A DNA stretch of 64,000 bases from Guillardia theta CCMP2712 (lineage: Eukaryota > Protista > Cryptophyta): the NCBI RefSeq assembly GCF_000315625.1, contig NW_005434608.1, forward strand, positions 83,449-147,448. The letters are read 5' to 3'. Each line of letters starts with the position of its first letter. Position 1 is the first letter of the stretch. The notes beneath the pieces are model-generated. The model saw only the letters and a list, made by a program, of their open reading frames with translations. It had not been told where the DNA came from and searched no databases. Position numbers and translations under genes: made by a program. This document shows positions 1 through 12,741 of this stretch, in pieces.

Positions 1-1183
1 AAAATGGGGGACCGGATCTTTCCGATCTGGGAGGAGAGTGAGAGGGTGAGATGAGGAAGGGAGACGTGGAGCAAAAAGTGTAACATGGCAATCAGCGAAG
101 ATTCAGGGCAGCGAAGGAGCTCGAATACAAGGAGGAGGAGGAAGGAGATAGGACGAACTTTTTGAATGGACGGGCAGAAAACTCCGTCAAGCAAGAAATT
201 TTTCATCTTGGGAAAGACAACTCGAGCTCCGCTCGCTAGAGGACAAACGAGGACGACGCCGATGCATGGCTGCGGCAGCGTCAGGTCTCAGGGTGAGGGC
301 AGGAGGTCCAAGAGAAATAAAGGGAGCTGGAGACATGAAAGGAGGACGAGAGGTGGACAGGGAAAGAGGTGGGAGGACAGGGAGAAGTAGGGAGAGGGGA
401 GGGAGATAGGAGGGTAGATAGGCAGGTATGAATGTATGTATGCAGGTAGGTAGGAGGGAGGGAGGGAGGGAGGGAGGGAGGGAGGGAGGGAGGGAGGGAG
501 GGAGGGAGGGAGGGAGGGCTGATTTTACCTTGCGGCCGGCAAGGTCGACGGTAGCAGCAGTTCCCAAGGACTTGCCGTATAGGATGATGTCATCGGACCG
601 CAGCTTGAGGTCGCTCTTCATCCAGTCATACACCTGCAAGACGAGGAGCAGGAGAGTTCAGCAGATCCAGAGACTCTCCTGCCCTCTCTTCCTCTCTCCC
701 TCCATCTACTCCTGCTCCATCTACTCCTGCTCCATCTACTCCTGCTCCATCTACTCCTGCTCCATCTACTCCTGCTCCATCTACTCCTGCTCCATCTACT
801 CCTGCTCCTCCCCCTCCTCCCCCTCCCTGTCTCCTCTTCTTACCGCTGTGCTGTCACTGTAAAGATGCTTCTCCGCCGGATCTCCGGCTGCCATTCCATA
901 CCCCGTGTAGTCATACGTCACGATGTCAACCTAGTCGAACATCATCATCATCATCATCACCACCACCACCACCACCACCACCACCACCATCGCTCTCATC
1001 TCCATCATTCTCCTCTCACCATCTACATGGTGTTCCAATCTCTACCTCTCTCCCTCCTCTCTTTCTACCTCATTCGTACCCTGTCCTGCCCTCTCAATCC
1101 CTACTTCCTTCTTTCCCTTTCTGATTATTTCCCTCCTCCCTTCTTTCTACTTTTCACTGCTCTGCGCTGTTTCACCTTCAGCT

Positions 1184-1228
<45 letters not shown>

Positions 1229-1585
1229 CCGCCTGCCTGCCTGCCTGCCTGCCCTCTATCATCACCTGCAGCTGCTCGGCAAACCATTCGCAGAAGAGCT
1301 TGTTCACTCCAATATCTTCTGCATTGCCATGGCTGAAGAGGAGCGTGAACTTGGGCCTGCCATGGCGTCAGCCGCCGCCGCCGCCCGTTGCTCATCACTT
1401 CTTCTTGCACTTGATGTGGAGGACAGGGATGGTCGAACCCTCTGACGTCGTAACGAACGTCGTCACGTCTGAGCGCAGATCATCAGCGAGCAAGCTTCGC
1501 AACCCTCTGCCTCCTCACCATTGCGCGAGTAGCTGCAGGGATCAGGAGGAAAGAACGCGAGTTTGGCTACCAGATGATTTCCCAT
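1..1585 (-). CDS. ABHD17-like alpha/beta hydrolase (depalmitoylase family), multi-exon, 3' end runs off the window
   Basis: ATG at 1585 gives MGNHLVAKLAFFPPDPCSYS. Later exons encode LFSHGNAEDIG, IILYGKSLGTAATVDLA (GxSxG nucleophile) and IGKIRSPI. Introns contain (GGGA)n, (CCTG)n, (CAC/CAT)n and 15-bp repeats. Confidence 0.88.
700..806. repeat. 15-bp tandem repeat (CTACTCCTGCTCCAT)n, about 7 copies, intronic
   Basis: Directly visible, inside an intron of the ABHD17-like gene. Confidence 0.9.
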
Positions 1586-1753
1586 CCCCGTCACTGTCGA
1601 GACCAGATCCACGTCAGCGCTCTACCGCGAGGCATCTCGACAACCTTCATAGATCAGCTGATTTCCACAGCGATCTTAGAGACTGCAAGTGAGCATCAGG
1701 AAAGGAATACTGTGTAGTGACTGGAAGGTGCCGCCCCCCCCCCTCTCCTCCTC

Positions 1754-1810
<57 letters not shown>

Positions 1811-2080
1811 NNNNNNNNNNNNNNNNNNNNNNNNNNNNNNNNNNNNNNNNNNNNNNNNNNNNNNNNNNNNNNNNNNNNNNNNNNNNNNNNNNNNNNNNNN
1901 NNNNNNNNNNNNNNNNNNNNNNNNNNNNNNNNNNNNNNNNNNNNNNNNNNNNNNNNNNNNNNNNNNNNNNNNNNNNNNNNNNNNNNNNNNNNNNNNNNNN
2001 NNNNNNNNNNNNNNNNNNNNNNNNNNNNNNNNNNNNNNNNNNNNNNNNNNNNNNNNNNNNNNNNNNNNNNNNNNNNNNNN
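1811..2080. other. Assembly gap next to a (CT)n microsatellite
   Basis: Run of N. Confidence 1.
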
Positions 2081-2477
2081 CCACCCGCTCCCCACTCCCT
2101 CCCTCCCTCCTCCTCCTCTCCACCTCCTCCTCCTCTCCACTCCTCTCCTCTCCTCTGCTTCTCTCCTCCCGACTCCCTACACCATCCCTCTGAAAACCCT
2201 TCACTACCTCACCACCCACCCCTCTTTCTCCCCGTTCTCCATAGGCAACAACCCCACCCTTTCTCCCCCAGAGCTACAGGTACACGACTAGACTAATGGC
2301 GACTGAGACTATCATGAGAGGAGGAGGAGGAGGAGGGGGAGGAGGAAAGGAGGAGAAGACGAAGGGATTGAGGAAGCAGAATGACTTCATTGTGAACTAC
2401 AACCAGTGACTGCAGTTAGGACAAGCGTAGCTCTTGGCGCTGCTGGAGCAAGTCAGAAAGCAAACTTGCGGGTCACT

Positions 2478-4430
2478 CTACATGCCTCTCCCCCTTGACG
2501 TGCGAGCCCTTCGGGAGGGAGATCGGAGTTGTGCATGCCGGGCAGATACACAGCACCTTCTCGCAATCTTGACAGACCTGGCACGTGTCACCGGCAGCCA
2601 ACTAGCTCGAGCAGCCTTACTGTGTACATATATCGCAGGTAATCCAGGATTCTGACCCACCGCTTGCATTCACATCGAACCTGCTGTCATGTCAGCACTA
2701 AGAGGTTGGCGCTGGCTCTGATCCACCTGCAGCCAGTGGTTGGCCACGCGGTCCTCGCCGTCCTCTTCCCCTTTCCATGTCTCCATCAAGAGGACGGGTC
2801 CTGCTCGTAGCGTGAGAGGGGGGAGAGGTGATGGGGGAGTGAAGATGGAATGGGTGGCGAAGGAAGAGGATTAGGAGGGCGGGAGGAGGAAGAGGAAGAG
2901 TTGTGTGAAATGGATGGGGGAGGGGCGGGGGTTGCTAAGGCATGGAGGAGGAGATCATCGTGTTACCTCGTCGACATGCTCCATCGACATGTTTCGATCG
3001 ATAGTAAAAGGAAATCATAGACTGCACCCTTCTGCTCAGGAGAACAACACAGGCTTCAGTGCTCACCTTGATCGGCTTCTCCAGGCCGCTCCGGTTCAGC
3101 TACATCCAACTCAAACAAGGACAGATCTCATTCAGCCTACCAAGGAACCAAAGTTCTTCCCGTGTTTCTCTTGCCCAGCTCGGAAATTTTTTGCCTGTCC
3201 TGAATTCCAAATCTAAAGAGCGGAACGTGTGAGATATCTGCGAGAAGTCGCTCTGAAGTTTCATGACCTCGTATGGCAAGCTTGCTTCAAACGCCTCTGG
3301 CTTGTGCATCGCTCGCTCAATCTCCTGTCTCGCGGCCTGATGGCAAACATTAGGATACATGAAAGCCTTGGCGGACAACTTTTGATAACCGTCTCAACAA
3401 AGTTGTTTGCACAAAGTCTCTCACACGCGAATTCACGGAATGTGCCAATGTCCCTGAAAAAACAATTTCAATATCAACGCTGTGTGATGAACTGTACAAG
3501 ACCTGTAGCTGATTCTCTCTGCCTTGCGTCTAAGGACATAGTCCTGCGTTCTCGTCAACCCATGAGCAAACCTCGTGTGCATCTTGTTGGACCTTGTAAA
3601 GAGGCTCCAGAGAAGCGAGGAACGCTTGCACCTGTGCCATCGTCTCATCAGAGGTCAAAGGTGGAATAAAGATATCGCATACCACTTCTTCCTTGTGCCC
3701 TTCAGGACACACAAAGCTTGTCGTGGCAAACAGGTTCTCTGGTGTGTATTCGCATTCTCCTTGCCATTCCGGCACCTCAGCCTGCCAAAGGAAATCATCG
3801 TGAGTGATCATCAGACTTCAGTGAGCGGAGGGTGTACCTGATAGCTTGCACCCACCCTTGATCGCATGACCCCGCTGTCAGCTACTCCCCACCTACATCA
3901 AGTTTGAGACAAGAGGCGAGTACCTCTGAGCAAACCTTTGCGTTATCTCACGATTCGCTCGCTTCTTTCTTGCAACCCAACCCTCTGGATGCATGGCATA
4001 TTCGTGCCTCAAGCGAAGAATTTCTTGTGAAATCATCGTCATCGATTCATATGTATGTGATACCGAGGAACTTCTCACCGAGCAGTGCACTCTTGTTATC
4101 ATCGTCTTCTCTTTGCGCTTCAGTAGAATTTCGGGTGAGCTGACGAAAAATCCCCAGGAGAGCTTCAGGCGAGGATTGCAGCACTACACTTTCTTTTTGC
4201 TTGTCAATGGTTGTATTCCTGCGACAAGAGCAGTCATCGGATGATGAGCAGTGAAACACTGAGTACAAGAGCTCTTCAGCCTCCTTGGTCCTTGCTTTCT
4301 TAGTAGGCGGTCCAGCATCAGCCGAAGTGCTGCATTGTGTAGTCGACTTCTCATCTTCTTCTGCGACATCAGGCTGTATATCCATGCTACATGCAGCCAT
4401 GTTCTTGTGCAGCGATTCTAGCAATTCCAC
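2478..4430 (-). CDS. Hypothetical multi-exon protein with a Cys-rich C-terminus
   Basis: Chain of minus-strand ORFs (4047-4430, 3893-4102, 3530-3811, 3100-3378) with splice-like junctions. The last exon reads VCQDCEKVLCICPACTTPISLPKGSHVKGRGM*. No family recognised. Confidence 0.5.
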
Positions 4431-5019
4431 CTAGATACCCCGATTAGAAGATGAATCGACTCATCCAGCAAGATCGATCACAATCATTCGCTTCAAGAAT
4501 CGTAAACTCTCCTAAGCACAGAAACTCTCCCGTCATCTCCCTTCCCACTTCTCCTCAATTGACCCATTCCCTCAGCTTCCATTTTCCCTTTCCCTCCACC
4601 CTTCTCTTTGTTCCGGCTCTCAGCTCATATCTCACCACTCTTCGCTTGCTGATCACGTCTGAGGTTCGCTTGTCCCTCGAATTCAATCCACTCTCCTGTT
4701 CTCTTCACCTGTCTTGTCCTCACCTCACTTCTATCTCCGTTCTCTTCACCTGTCTTGACCTCACCTCACTTCCATCTTCCCTTCTTCATGTCTCCTTGTC
4801 CCTCTTGCCACCCTGTCATAGCTTTCCTCCTGCGTTACCCTGCCATGGTTCTACGCCAAATCTAAAATTCTGCCATACTTTTTCCCGCGCAACCCCACGC
4901 CTCTGTGATCTCCGAGTACCTAGCTAAAGGAGTTAACTAATAAAACGTTGAAATCATACCAAAATGTTTACTCAAATTCACATTGTGGTACCTCGTTCAG
5001 ATCAGTCGCCTGCTGATCG

Positions 5020-5520
5020 TCGCCCACCTGACTCGACGCATGAGCCCGCGGGCCGCTCGCTCGGAGGGCCGGCGGCCGTCTGAGGCGAGCCCCGGACGCT
5101 TCCGACACTGACACGGCCAGTCACAAGTCCGATCCTTTACAACTTGTAGTATGATGACGGCCCGGGGGCTCGGACGGCGTGCGTGATCGACCCACGGTGG
5201 GCCCGATCCCAGCTCGCATCCCAGCTCGGAGTCGCCGCCCGCCGCGGGCCGGGCGGCCGGCCCTCCCGTGTGACTGTCACGAGTGGCACCGCGGCCCGGG
5301 CCTGCCAGTGAGCGGCAAAGTTGGCATCCGCACATGTTGGTAGACCCGAGGTGTGAACCACGAATATGTGCTGAGCCGTAAACACAAAATCATCATGTTT
5401 TATAGGGGGTAGGGGTATTTGAAACCTCTTCAAGAAGGGGTCATATTCACTATGAAAACAAGGGGATGCGGTTGAATGGTTCATGAAAACATCGAAGGGG
5501 TAGGGTAGGGTGGGTCTCAT
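5020..5520. promoter_or_regulatory. GC-rich island plus GGGGTAGGGGT-type motifs in a divergent intergenic region
   Basis: CCGG/GGCC/TGAC/GAGTC-rich stretch at 5020-5330 and G-run motifs at ~5406 and ~5497, between divergent gene starts. Confidence 0.5.
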
Positions 5521-5845
5521 AAGCCCCGAAATGCAGGGTAGAGTCGAAATGAGGCCGACGATAGCAGAAGCCTTGTGAATGGAGCAAACAGAGGGAGAGA
5601 GGAAAGATGAAAGGAGAACATGAGCAAAGATCACCAGGGTGGATGAGGGTAGATACCATCATGTGCTCTGTTCTTGTGCAAGTTTGTCCTCACTAACATC
5701 AAGAAAGCTAAGACCTTTCCCATTGAGCTTGTGTTGCACTGGCAGCCCTTTTGCATACATCTTGTTGTCCAGTTGAAATTGAATTTTTTGGTTTCCAGCT
5801 TGCATGAGGAAGTGAAGAAATCTGCGTGTTTTGTCAACTGGAGCA

Positions 5846-7055
5846 ATGAACACCAGAACGAGTTTGGCTGTTATCCTGCTTGCGCTTTGCTTCCATGGCT
5901 CCCTTTGCTTCCTGCCAGCAGGGTTTGCTGGTTTTCAGCGGCACGCATGCAGATCGTCTTCGATGAGATCTGCTGCCGCGAGGAGGGTGACAATCATGTC
6001 GGACAAAGAAGACTTCCTCAACCGTGACATCGGTGGCTTCACGCAGAAGCAGAGGTTCCGAGAGGAGATTGAGTCTCCCTTCCGCAAGATTCGCCTCTTT
6101 CTTTTCCCGGCTGCAGCAGCCTCCGCAGCTCTCGGCGCCTTCATCGCAGGTACAAGGCTGCTGGCGATCAGCACTGGCGTCACGGGCTACGACTTCGACC
6201 AGACCCTTCAGAACTTCGGCATTGACGTGCTGGGAGCGACGGGCTTCGCTCTCCTCTACTGGAACGACCTCAACGCACGCGACCGAGACCTCGTCCGCAT
6301 CGCTCGCTCCGGCAAGCTCTCCACCCTCACCCTCAAGATCGTCAGCGAGACCGGGAGGGAGGCGAGCTTGCCCATGAAGGCCTTCCGGAAGCAGAGGAGG
6401 ATAGCTATCATAGCAGGAGGGAAAGATGTTGTGCAGGTGGCGCGTGAGATGGCCAGGGCGGGAGCCGAGGATCTGACAAAGGTGGGAGCCATCGTGCTTC
6501 CCCTCCAGCTCGACCAAGTCGGCGAGCTCGACCCAGCAGAGGTCGAGGGACTGAGAAGAGCCGTTGGAGTCCCGGAGGCCGCGGAAGGGAAGGAAGAGGC
6601 GGACTCCGAGTCTCTCCTCCCCTGTCTGGCTGCTCCGCTCTTTGTTGAGAAGTGGAAGGATTGGATCCAAGACGAGCAGAAGCGTGCTGTAGACCAGGTA
6701 AGGACCTGTCCTGGGTCCTGCCTACTTGACACGCTGACCTGCTTCCACAAGGGGCTGGATCTCAAGAACGGCATCACGATCTACGTTGAGAGGAGCGGAT
6801 ACATCAAGAAGCGATCCGCCGGAATTCCCTCCTGGTCTCGCTCACTTTCTTCTTCCACTCCGCCCTCAGCCTCCCTCACTCTCTGCCTTACCTCGATCAC
6901 AAGATGATTTGCCAACCACCAGCCTGACGACTCTCCCAGGAGAACTTTAGCTGAGGATACCAAGGCACGGAATCGCCCTTACGGTTTGTTGCTCGTCGCC
7001 TGATGACGATCAAGTGATTCGACCTTGTGCGTCAGGGATGCCGGAGTTCTTCTAG
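5846..7055 (+). CDS. LPA1: LPA1-like (DUF3493) photosystem II assembly factor, plastid-targeted
   Basis: Signal peptide followed by Phe (GSLC|FLPAGF) and a Ser/Arg-rich transit peptide. Contains REEIESPFRKIRLFLF and two TM helices. Four exons, ending RNRPYGMPEFF* at 7055. Confidence 0.8.
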
Positions 7056-7163
7056 ATAGAGACGAGGAGGGAGAAGGAGGAAGTGGCAGCGAGCGGCTAT
7101 TTCCTCATCGTCACCTTGTCTTGTGCTGTATTATCAAGATGATCGGAGGCTTCTCCTCCACTT

Positions 7164-10066
7164 TCACGCCTGGTTTCCCATCCTCTCCTTGTTGCTAGAG
7201 TTCCTCATGATCCCCTGACCTCGAGCAGAGGAGTGCCGGCAGATCGGGCTCTCTGCCGGGAGAAACGTCACACTGCAAGCAGTAAGGCGTTCTTTCTCAC
7301 CGAGACCAAGCTCAATCGCGTCCTCCAGCTCAAGGATCCGCTGAGAGCCGCTGTCCTCCGACATGCCTAATATCAGAGGATTCAGTGGAGGTCAGCAAGG
7401 GGAAGGAGCAACGCACGGTGCTGGTAGCGCAGCCCACTGCGGATCAGGTTGCGAACATCGTCTGTCCTCTCGTTGAGGTTCAGCAGCATAGCCCCGACCA
7501 CTCTCCTGCTCCCCCGACACCAGTCACGAGGCAGAAAGGTTAGACGGGAACTTCATTCTACCTGTCCCGCAAGTAGTACACGATTCCCTTTTCCCACAGG
7601 CCCCAGGGCTTCGCGTCGTCCTTGTTCTTAGCATCTGCATAAGTCTGAGAACCCTCCTCTACCCCCTTCCCCTCCTGTCTCCTCTACCCCCTTCCCCTCC
7701 TGTCTCCACCTCCTCACCTTCCCCTCACACCCTCTCATCCTCCTCTTCACCTGTGTCGCTCTCTTGCGCTACAAGGCCGTTGGGGTCAAACCTTCCAGAG
7801 GTCTGCGCAATGCTGTACATCTCCCTGGAGCAGGGGCGTGAGAACAGTGAGGGAGCAGAGAGAATTCCAGACATGGTGGAGTCGATGTCACCCAGCACAA
7901 CCACGTCTAGGCCAAGAGGACCGCCATGCGAGCTTACGACCGAGAGATGATTGTACGCCTGAATGTGAAGCCCCCGGTCAAGAACGGCAAAACATCAGGC
8001 TCAAGAGGGCAGCAGAGGGATATGTCAGGGTTGTGCTGGAGGAGGCTAGAAAAGACACAGAGGGAAAGGAAGGCAGGACGAGCATATGGGGGTAAGAGAG
8101 GGGAGAACGGGCATGTCACCTCGCGGCCATTCAGCGACATATTCCTTGCAGCAAGAGCGCCGCTATAGAAACTACACAACATGTTCAGAAACCTCGTCTC
8201 TCCACTGCTACTCCAACCTGTGATCATAGCTTTGCATCCTTCTTCGCCCCAATACTTGGTCAGGGTAGCTGAAAAGTCTTATCAAGACGGAGAGCAGCTC
8301 AGTTAGAACTACCTCGCAGTGTCGCCAGCCACGTAGATGTCAGTTCGCGCAAGCATCTCACTGTTTACCATAACCCCTTTGGACTGAACATTCATCAGCA
8401 TGTTCATCGTATAGACAAGCAAGAGAAACCTTCGAGTCAATCTCGAGCCCCGATGCCTCCGCAAGCTCTACGTTACCCTCCAGGTGTGTAGGCGCAAAGA
8501 CTACATGATCGCAGTCCAGCTGAGTCTTTTCAAAGCCCTAAAAAAGATGTCAAACACATGGATTGACCAGTTCATTCCAAGTCTTCTCACCTGTAGGACG
8601 AGGTTCAAATTGAAGTGCTTCTTATCCACGGGCTCACAGATCTGAAGGACCATGTGGTATGGCCTCTCCTGGACACCCATTGCTCGAAGCAGTTCCGTCA
8701 TGTAATCTGAAAAGTAAACGGGAACATAGCGATAGAGCGCTCCCGGCTCGACATACGCGTGTATAATCTCGACCTGGAATCATGTCATGTTGACAACTGC
8801 TGCTCAGGGTTTTCTCACCTGCTTGCTGCTCCCTTCAGTCTTCAGCTTGCTAGCTACTTCGCAGCCAAGAAAGCCACCGCCAACCACAACGATCTTCTTG
8901 ACCTCTCCATTCCTCACCATTTTCTGCACACGCTCGAAGTCTTTGACCTTCCTCAAGTTTGTCACATGCTTCTTCAGGTGATCTGGAACGCCGGGCAACT
9001 TGGCTTCCTTGCATCCTGTAGCGAGCAAACATTTCCCAAAGGATACAACTCGACCGTCTGACAGCGTGACGACTTTGTTCTCAACGTCCAGAGAGACAAC
9101 ATGCGCCGTCGTGCAGATCTCGACATTCTTTCCAAGTGGCTGGGAGGACAACTTCGGCAGGAGGTCTGACTTGCCAGAGGAGGCTGTGAATGAAGTTATC
9201 ATCTGCCTTCCCGTCTCCTTCCCAACGAACGTTCCAGAGTAGAGCCTCGACCCCTGCTGGTCGTCGAAGTTGTAGCGATCAGATACAACAAGTATCTCGG
9301 CTTCAGGATCGTTCTGCGTGAGCACGGCCAGCGCCGATTGTGCAACCACTGCCTTGGGGTGGGCTATGATGATGTACTTGAAGATCTTGGTCGGGATAAC
9401 AGGAAGAGGCTCTGAGAAATTTCCGGAGTGTGTTGTGTTGAATCTGCTCAACCGAACGTCTTCGAGAGGCCCAGCAAGAGAGTTTGCTTGCATCGAGTCT
9501 TTGTCGCCCCACATCCATATCGCAATGCCAGCGCCAATGGCGGCAGCAGCAGATCCAAGTCTCGTGTACGACGATGAGGAGGAGGATGAGGAGTAGGAGG
9601 AAGAGGATGACGAGGAAGAGGATGAGGATGTAGAGAAGGACTGACGAACTAAGAACTTGGGTGTAGCTTCGACCCCACCCATTCCTCGTCCAACACGGTC
9701 TCCTTTCCATCGAAATGCACACGGAAACTCACTGAGCGACCTTAGGGACGGTTCGGCAGGTCTTGCTGCCGATGTTGTGACCTTAGAAAACTGGGCGATA
9801 CGAACATGCCAACAGAGATGATACGGAGGACGAGCGAGATTGCATCGCTGAACCTTAGCAGTTCCTTGAGACGAAGGAAGAGAGTTTAAGGTGGGAACTT
9901 GGGAAGGCAATGCGGATGAAGGAGCAAGGGAGGAAGAGGAGGCTGGACGAGGGAGATGATGATGATGAGGTTTGGTTGAGGCTCTGCTGAGGAGAGGACG
10001 AAGGGGAGGAAGAGAGAAAGGCTGCAGCATCCCCCATGCTAGCTTCCTACCGGTCGGCGGCGGCAT
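7164..10066 (-). CDS. Apoptosis-inducing-factor-like FAD/NAD oxidoreductase, multi-exon
   Basis: Long N-terminal extension, TM segment (AAAAIGAGIAIWMW), CLLATG, VVVGGGFLGCEVA and a C-terminal KGIVYYLRD...VVGAMLLN segment typical of AIF_C. Confidence 0.8.
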
Positions 10067-10329
10067 TGCCGCTCAAGCGAGAAAACGAACCGGTGGTAAC
10101 ACTCGTATGTGGGGTGGTATGCATATGAACGTGGGTAGAGGGTACATTCTTGCTCTTCATTACGGGTACTTTTCAGATGAATTGTGCACTTAAAAGGTAG
10201 GGTGAGCATAGTTGAGTATGGGTACTTTAGAATAAATCAGGGCTGTGGGTACCGTCACCAGACAAGGCCCGTGGGGTGGCGGGGACTTTGTGAAATCACA
10301 TAAAATGTAACGGTTAGATAACGATATCA

Positions 10330-10620
10330 CCGTCACTGAGCAAGGAGCCGCCTCAGTCGGAGGCGGCCCGGGCCCGGGGCCGCCCGCCGACTCGTGACGA
10401 CTCGGACGGTCGGACGGCGGACTCAGCAGTGACCGTCCGTGGACAGCGGCCGGGCCACCGGCGCCCGTGGCCCGGTCGCTGCCGGGCCCGGCACTCAGAA
10501 GGGTGACGGGGCACTGAGCGGTGGCACTGAACCGTGCCGCCGGGCCGGCCGTTGAACTGGCCGGGCAGTGGTACGGTAGTACTGAGCGGCCGCCGGGCAG
10601 TAGAACCATTGAATTGCATC
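10330..10620. promoter_or_regulatory. GC-rich palindromic-word island upstream of the AIF-like gene
   Basis: Dense CCGG/GGCC/CCGT/ACTCAG words, with flanking GGGTA/GGGGTGG motifs at ~10110-10275. Confidence 0.5.
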
Positions 10621-10780
10621 CGAAGTTCAACCGGGATACTCGGAAAGACGGCTGATTCATTCACTTGCCGCGAACTTGTTTCCTCCAAGTCTCAAAGACT
10701 TCCGTTGACAACTTCTTGACTTTGGACGACTCGTGCTGATGGCACAACCGTTACACCACAAGGCCCACGAGGAAGAGGAG

Positions 10781-12162
10781 TCAAACCTTTCTCAGCTTGC
10801 GAACCAAGACCACCAAGTCCTCCAAGACCTGCACCATCACAACAAGTTGAGACACGGTGCTATGACGGCGAGCAGCAGCGGAGGACTCACATCGTTCCCG
10901 TTGAGATTGGCTTCTTTTATCTGTTCGAGGATCTGAGAGATGCACGTCAGAGAGATCATATGGAGGGACATCGCGATCAACACCATAGCGATGCTTTGAA
11001 AATCCTTCAACTTGACAAATCTCTTCAGGTCTGCCATCCATTCCTCTGGCGAGCATGGGACTGCTACGCCTAACGGTATTGCGTCTTGCTCCGTATCGTT
11101 CATGTGGCTCCCTTCCATGGCTTCTCCTTGATAACAAGGAGATCAGAGCTCTGTTAGGCCCACGGAAGAGATTTCTTGTTGGTGATCAGTATGGAAGAGA
11201 TTTCTTGTTGGTGATCAGTATGGAAGAGATTTCTTGTTGGTGATCAGTATGGAAGAGATTTCTTGTTGGTGATCAGTATGTTCGTCACCTGACATCTTTG
11301 CCCTCACCCCCTCTAGGTACGCTTCAAGCACACGTTCCGCCTTGCCGTCGAACTTGCACTTTCGCTTCATGTACTCCAACGCCGCGAGCTCTGTCACGAG
11401 AGAGCTGATCATCAATCGAGCATTCGACTGTATCACAGCATACCCAGCTTTGTTGGGATGTTTGTTGCAGAATCCTTGACACAGTTTGTGAGCATCCTGA
11501 CCTATCAAACGAGTCAGCCATGCAGGTCGAGTCGAATACAAATCGATTCCTTTCTTTCATTGATGGTCGACGGGTTGCCGTTGAGATCGAACCTTGAAGA
11601 TTCGATAAGGTCCAGTAAGACAGCATCCATCTCTATCCCGTCCACCACCACCACCCCCTTCTCAAGCTCCCCATCGTCCGCGTCGATCTGAATCTCATTC
11701 AGCCTTGCGCTGATCCACTTCTTGTCGTTCATCGCCTTCAGGTCTGCATTCCGGAACTGCTTCGGAATGTCCTCCTCCTTGGCCCATATATCATCCCCCT
11801 CCCTGACATACTCCTCTTCGACATTGACCTCGTCGTCCTCAGACTTCTTCTTCGACTTTGACATCTTGTCCCTGAAGTGAGCCACTCTATCATAGAAATG
11901 CTCGTTGACCCGAAATCGTTCGTCCTCTTCCGATTCCTCTGCATTGGCAAGGCTTTCGAGTGAGCTGCCGCTCTCAAAGTTGCTGTGCAGCCGTCAGCGA
12001 GCTCAAGTTCCAACAAGCAACGTACCCTCCCATCAGTCTCAACACACAAGGCGCTAGTGCATGTCGATGCCAGCATCGCGGCTGAGTCAGTCCCATGATT
12101 GACGAGGACCCTGGAAGCGCCGCTAGCATGAACACCAACACAACCAGCGACGCGTCCGCCAT
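10781..12162 (-). CDS. Hypothetical multi-exon protein with a signal peptide and an LRLMGG presequence motif
   Basis: ATG at 12162 gives MADASLVVLVFMLAALPGSSS...CVLRLMGG. Downstream coding-like exons at 11514-11885, 11288-11541 and 10781-11150. Confidence 0.55.
11164..11280. repeat. 29-bp perfect tandem repeat, 4 copies, inside an intron
   Basis: GGAAGAGATTTCTTGTTGGTGATCAGTAT starts at 11164, 11193, 11222 and 11251. It lies between a minus-strand GT donor (~11287) and a CTAACAG acceptor (~11151). Confidence 0.92.
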
Positions 12163-12741
12163 GTTGCTCGTTCGGTCTGGACGTGGAATGAAATACCGGG
12201 GTAGGGGTACTGGGAGGACCGGTGATTTTGACTTCGATTTTGGGTAATAAAAGAGGGCTTTGTTTGAAAGTGGGTGTTCATAGGTGGGGGTAACTGTGCA
12301 GTCGGATTGAAGGTATGGCGGCCGAGAAGGAAAGCGGAAGAGGCTGAGGGAGGAGGGGGTGAAGGGAGAAGCGAGGAGACGTAGGAGAGGATGAGAGACG
12401 AGAAGAGACGGGAAGAGGGGAGGGGAGGGGAGGGGAGGGGAGAGGGGAGGGGAGGAGAGGAGAGGAGAGGAGAGGTGATGATAGCGGAAGGAAGAGAGCA
12501 CAGCAGTTCTGCGTTAGAAGGAATTTATGGGTGTGGACAGTGGGAGGGACCATGAGCAAGGAGAGTGAGGGGATGAGGAGGAATGGATGTTGGATAGGTT
12601 CTGCATTGCTATCATGAACATGAACATCACTGAAACTTACAGTAATAGCTTCAACAGGCTAATCAACATGGGAGGGGTCTAAGGTATGATGCGTTCAGAC
12701 AAGAGCCATTGACGCAACACCTCGGTCTGATCACCCCTACC

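Noticed and set aside
865-1692. Poly-His ORF and other low-complexity ORFs (e.g. poly-Met 60621-60848, 428-862, 35500-36504)
   Set aside because: These are translations of microsatellites or antisense frames of real genes.
11164-11280. 29-bp repeats as a CRISPR array
   Set aside because: Head-to-tail copies with no spacers, inside a spliceosomal intron, and no cas genes.
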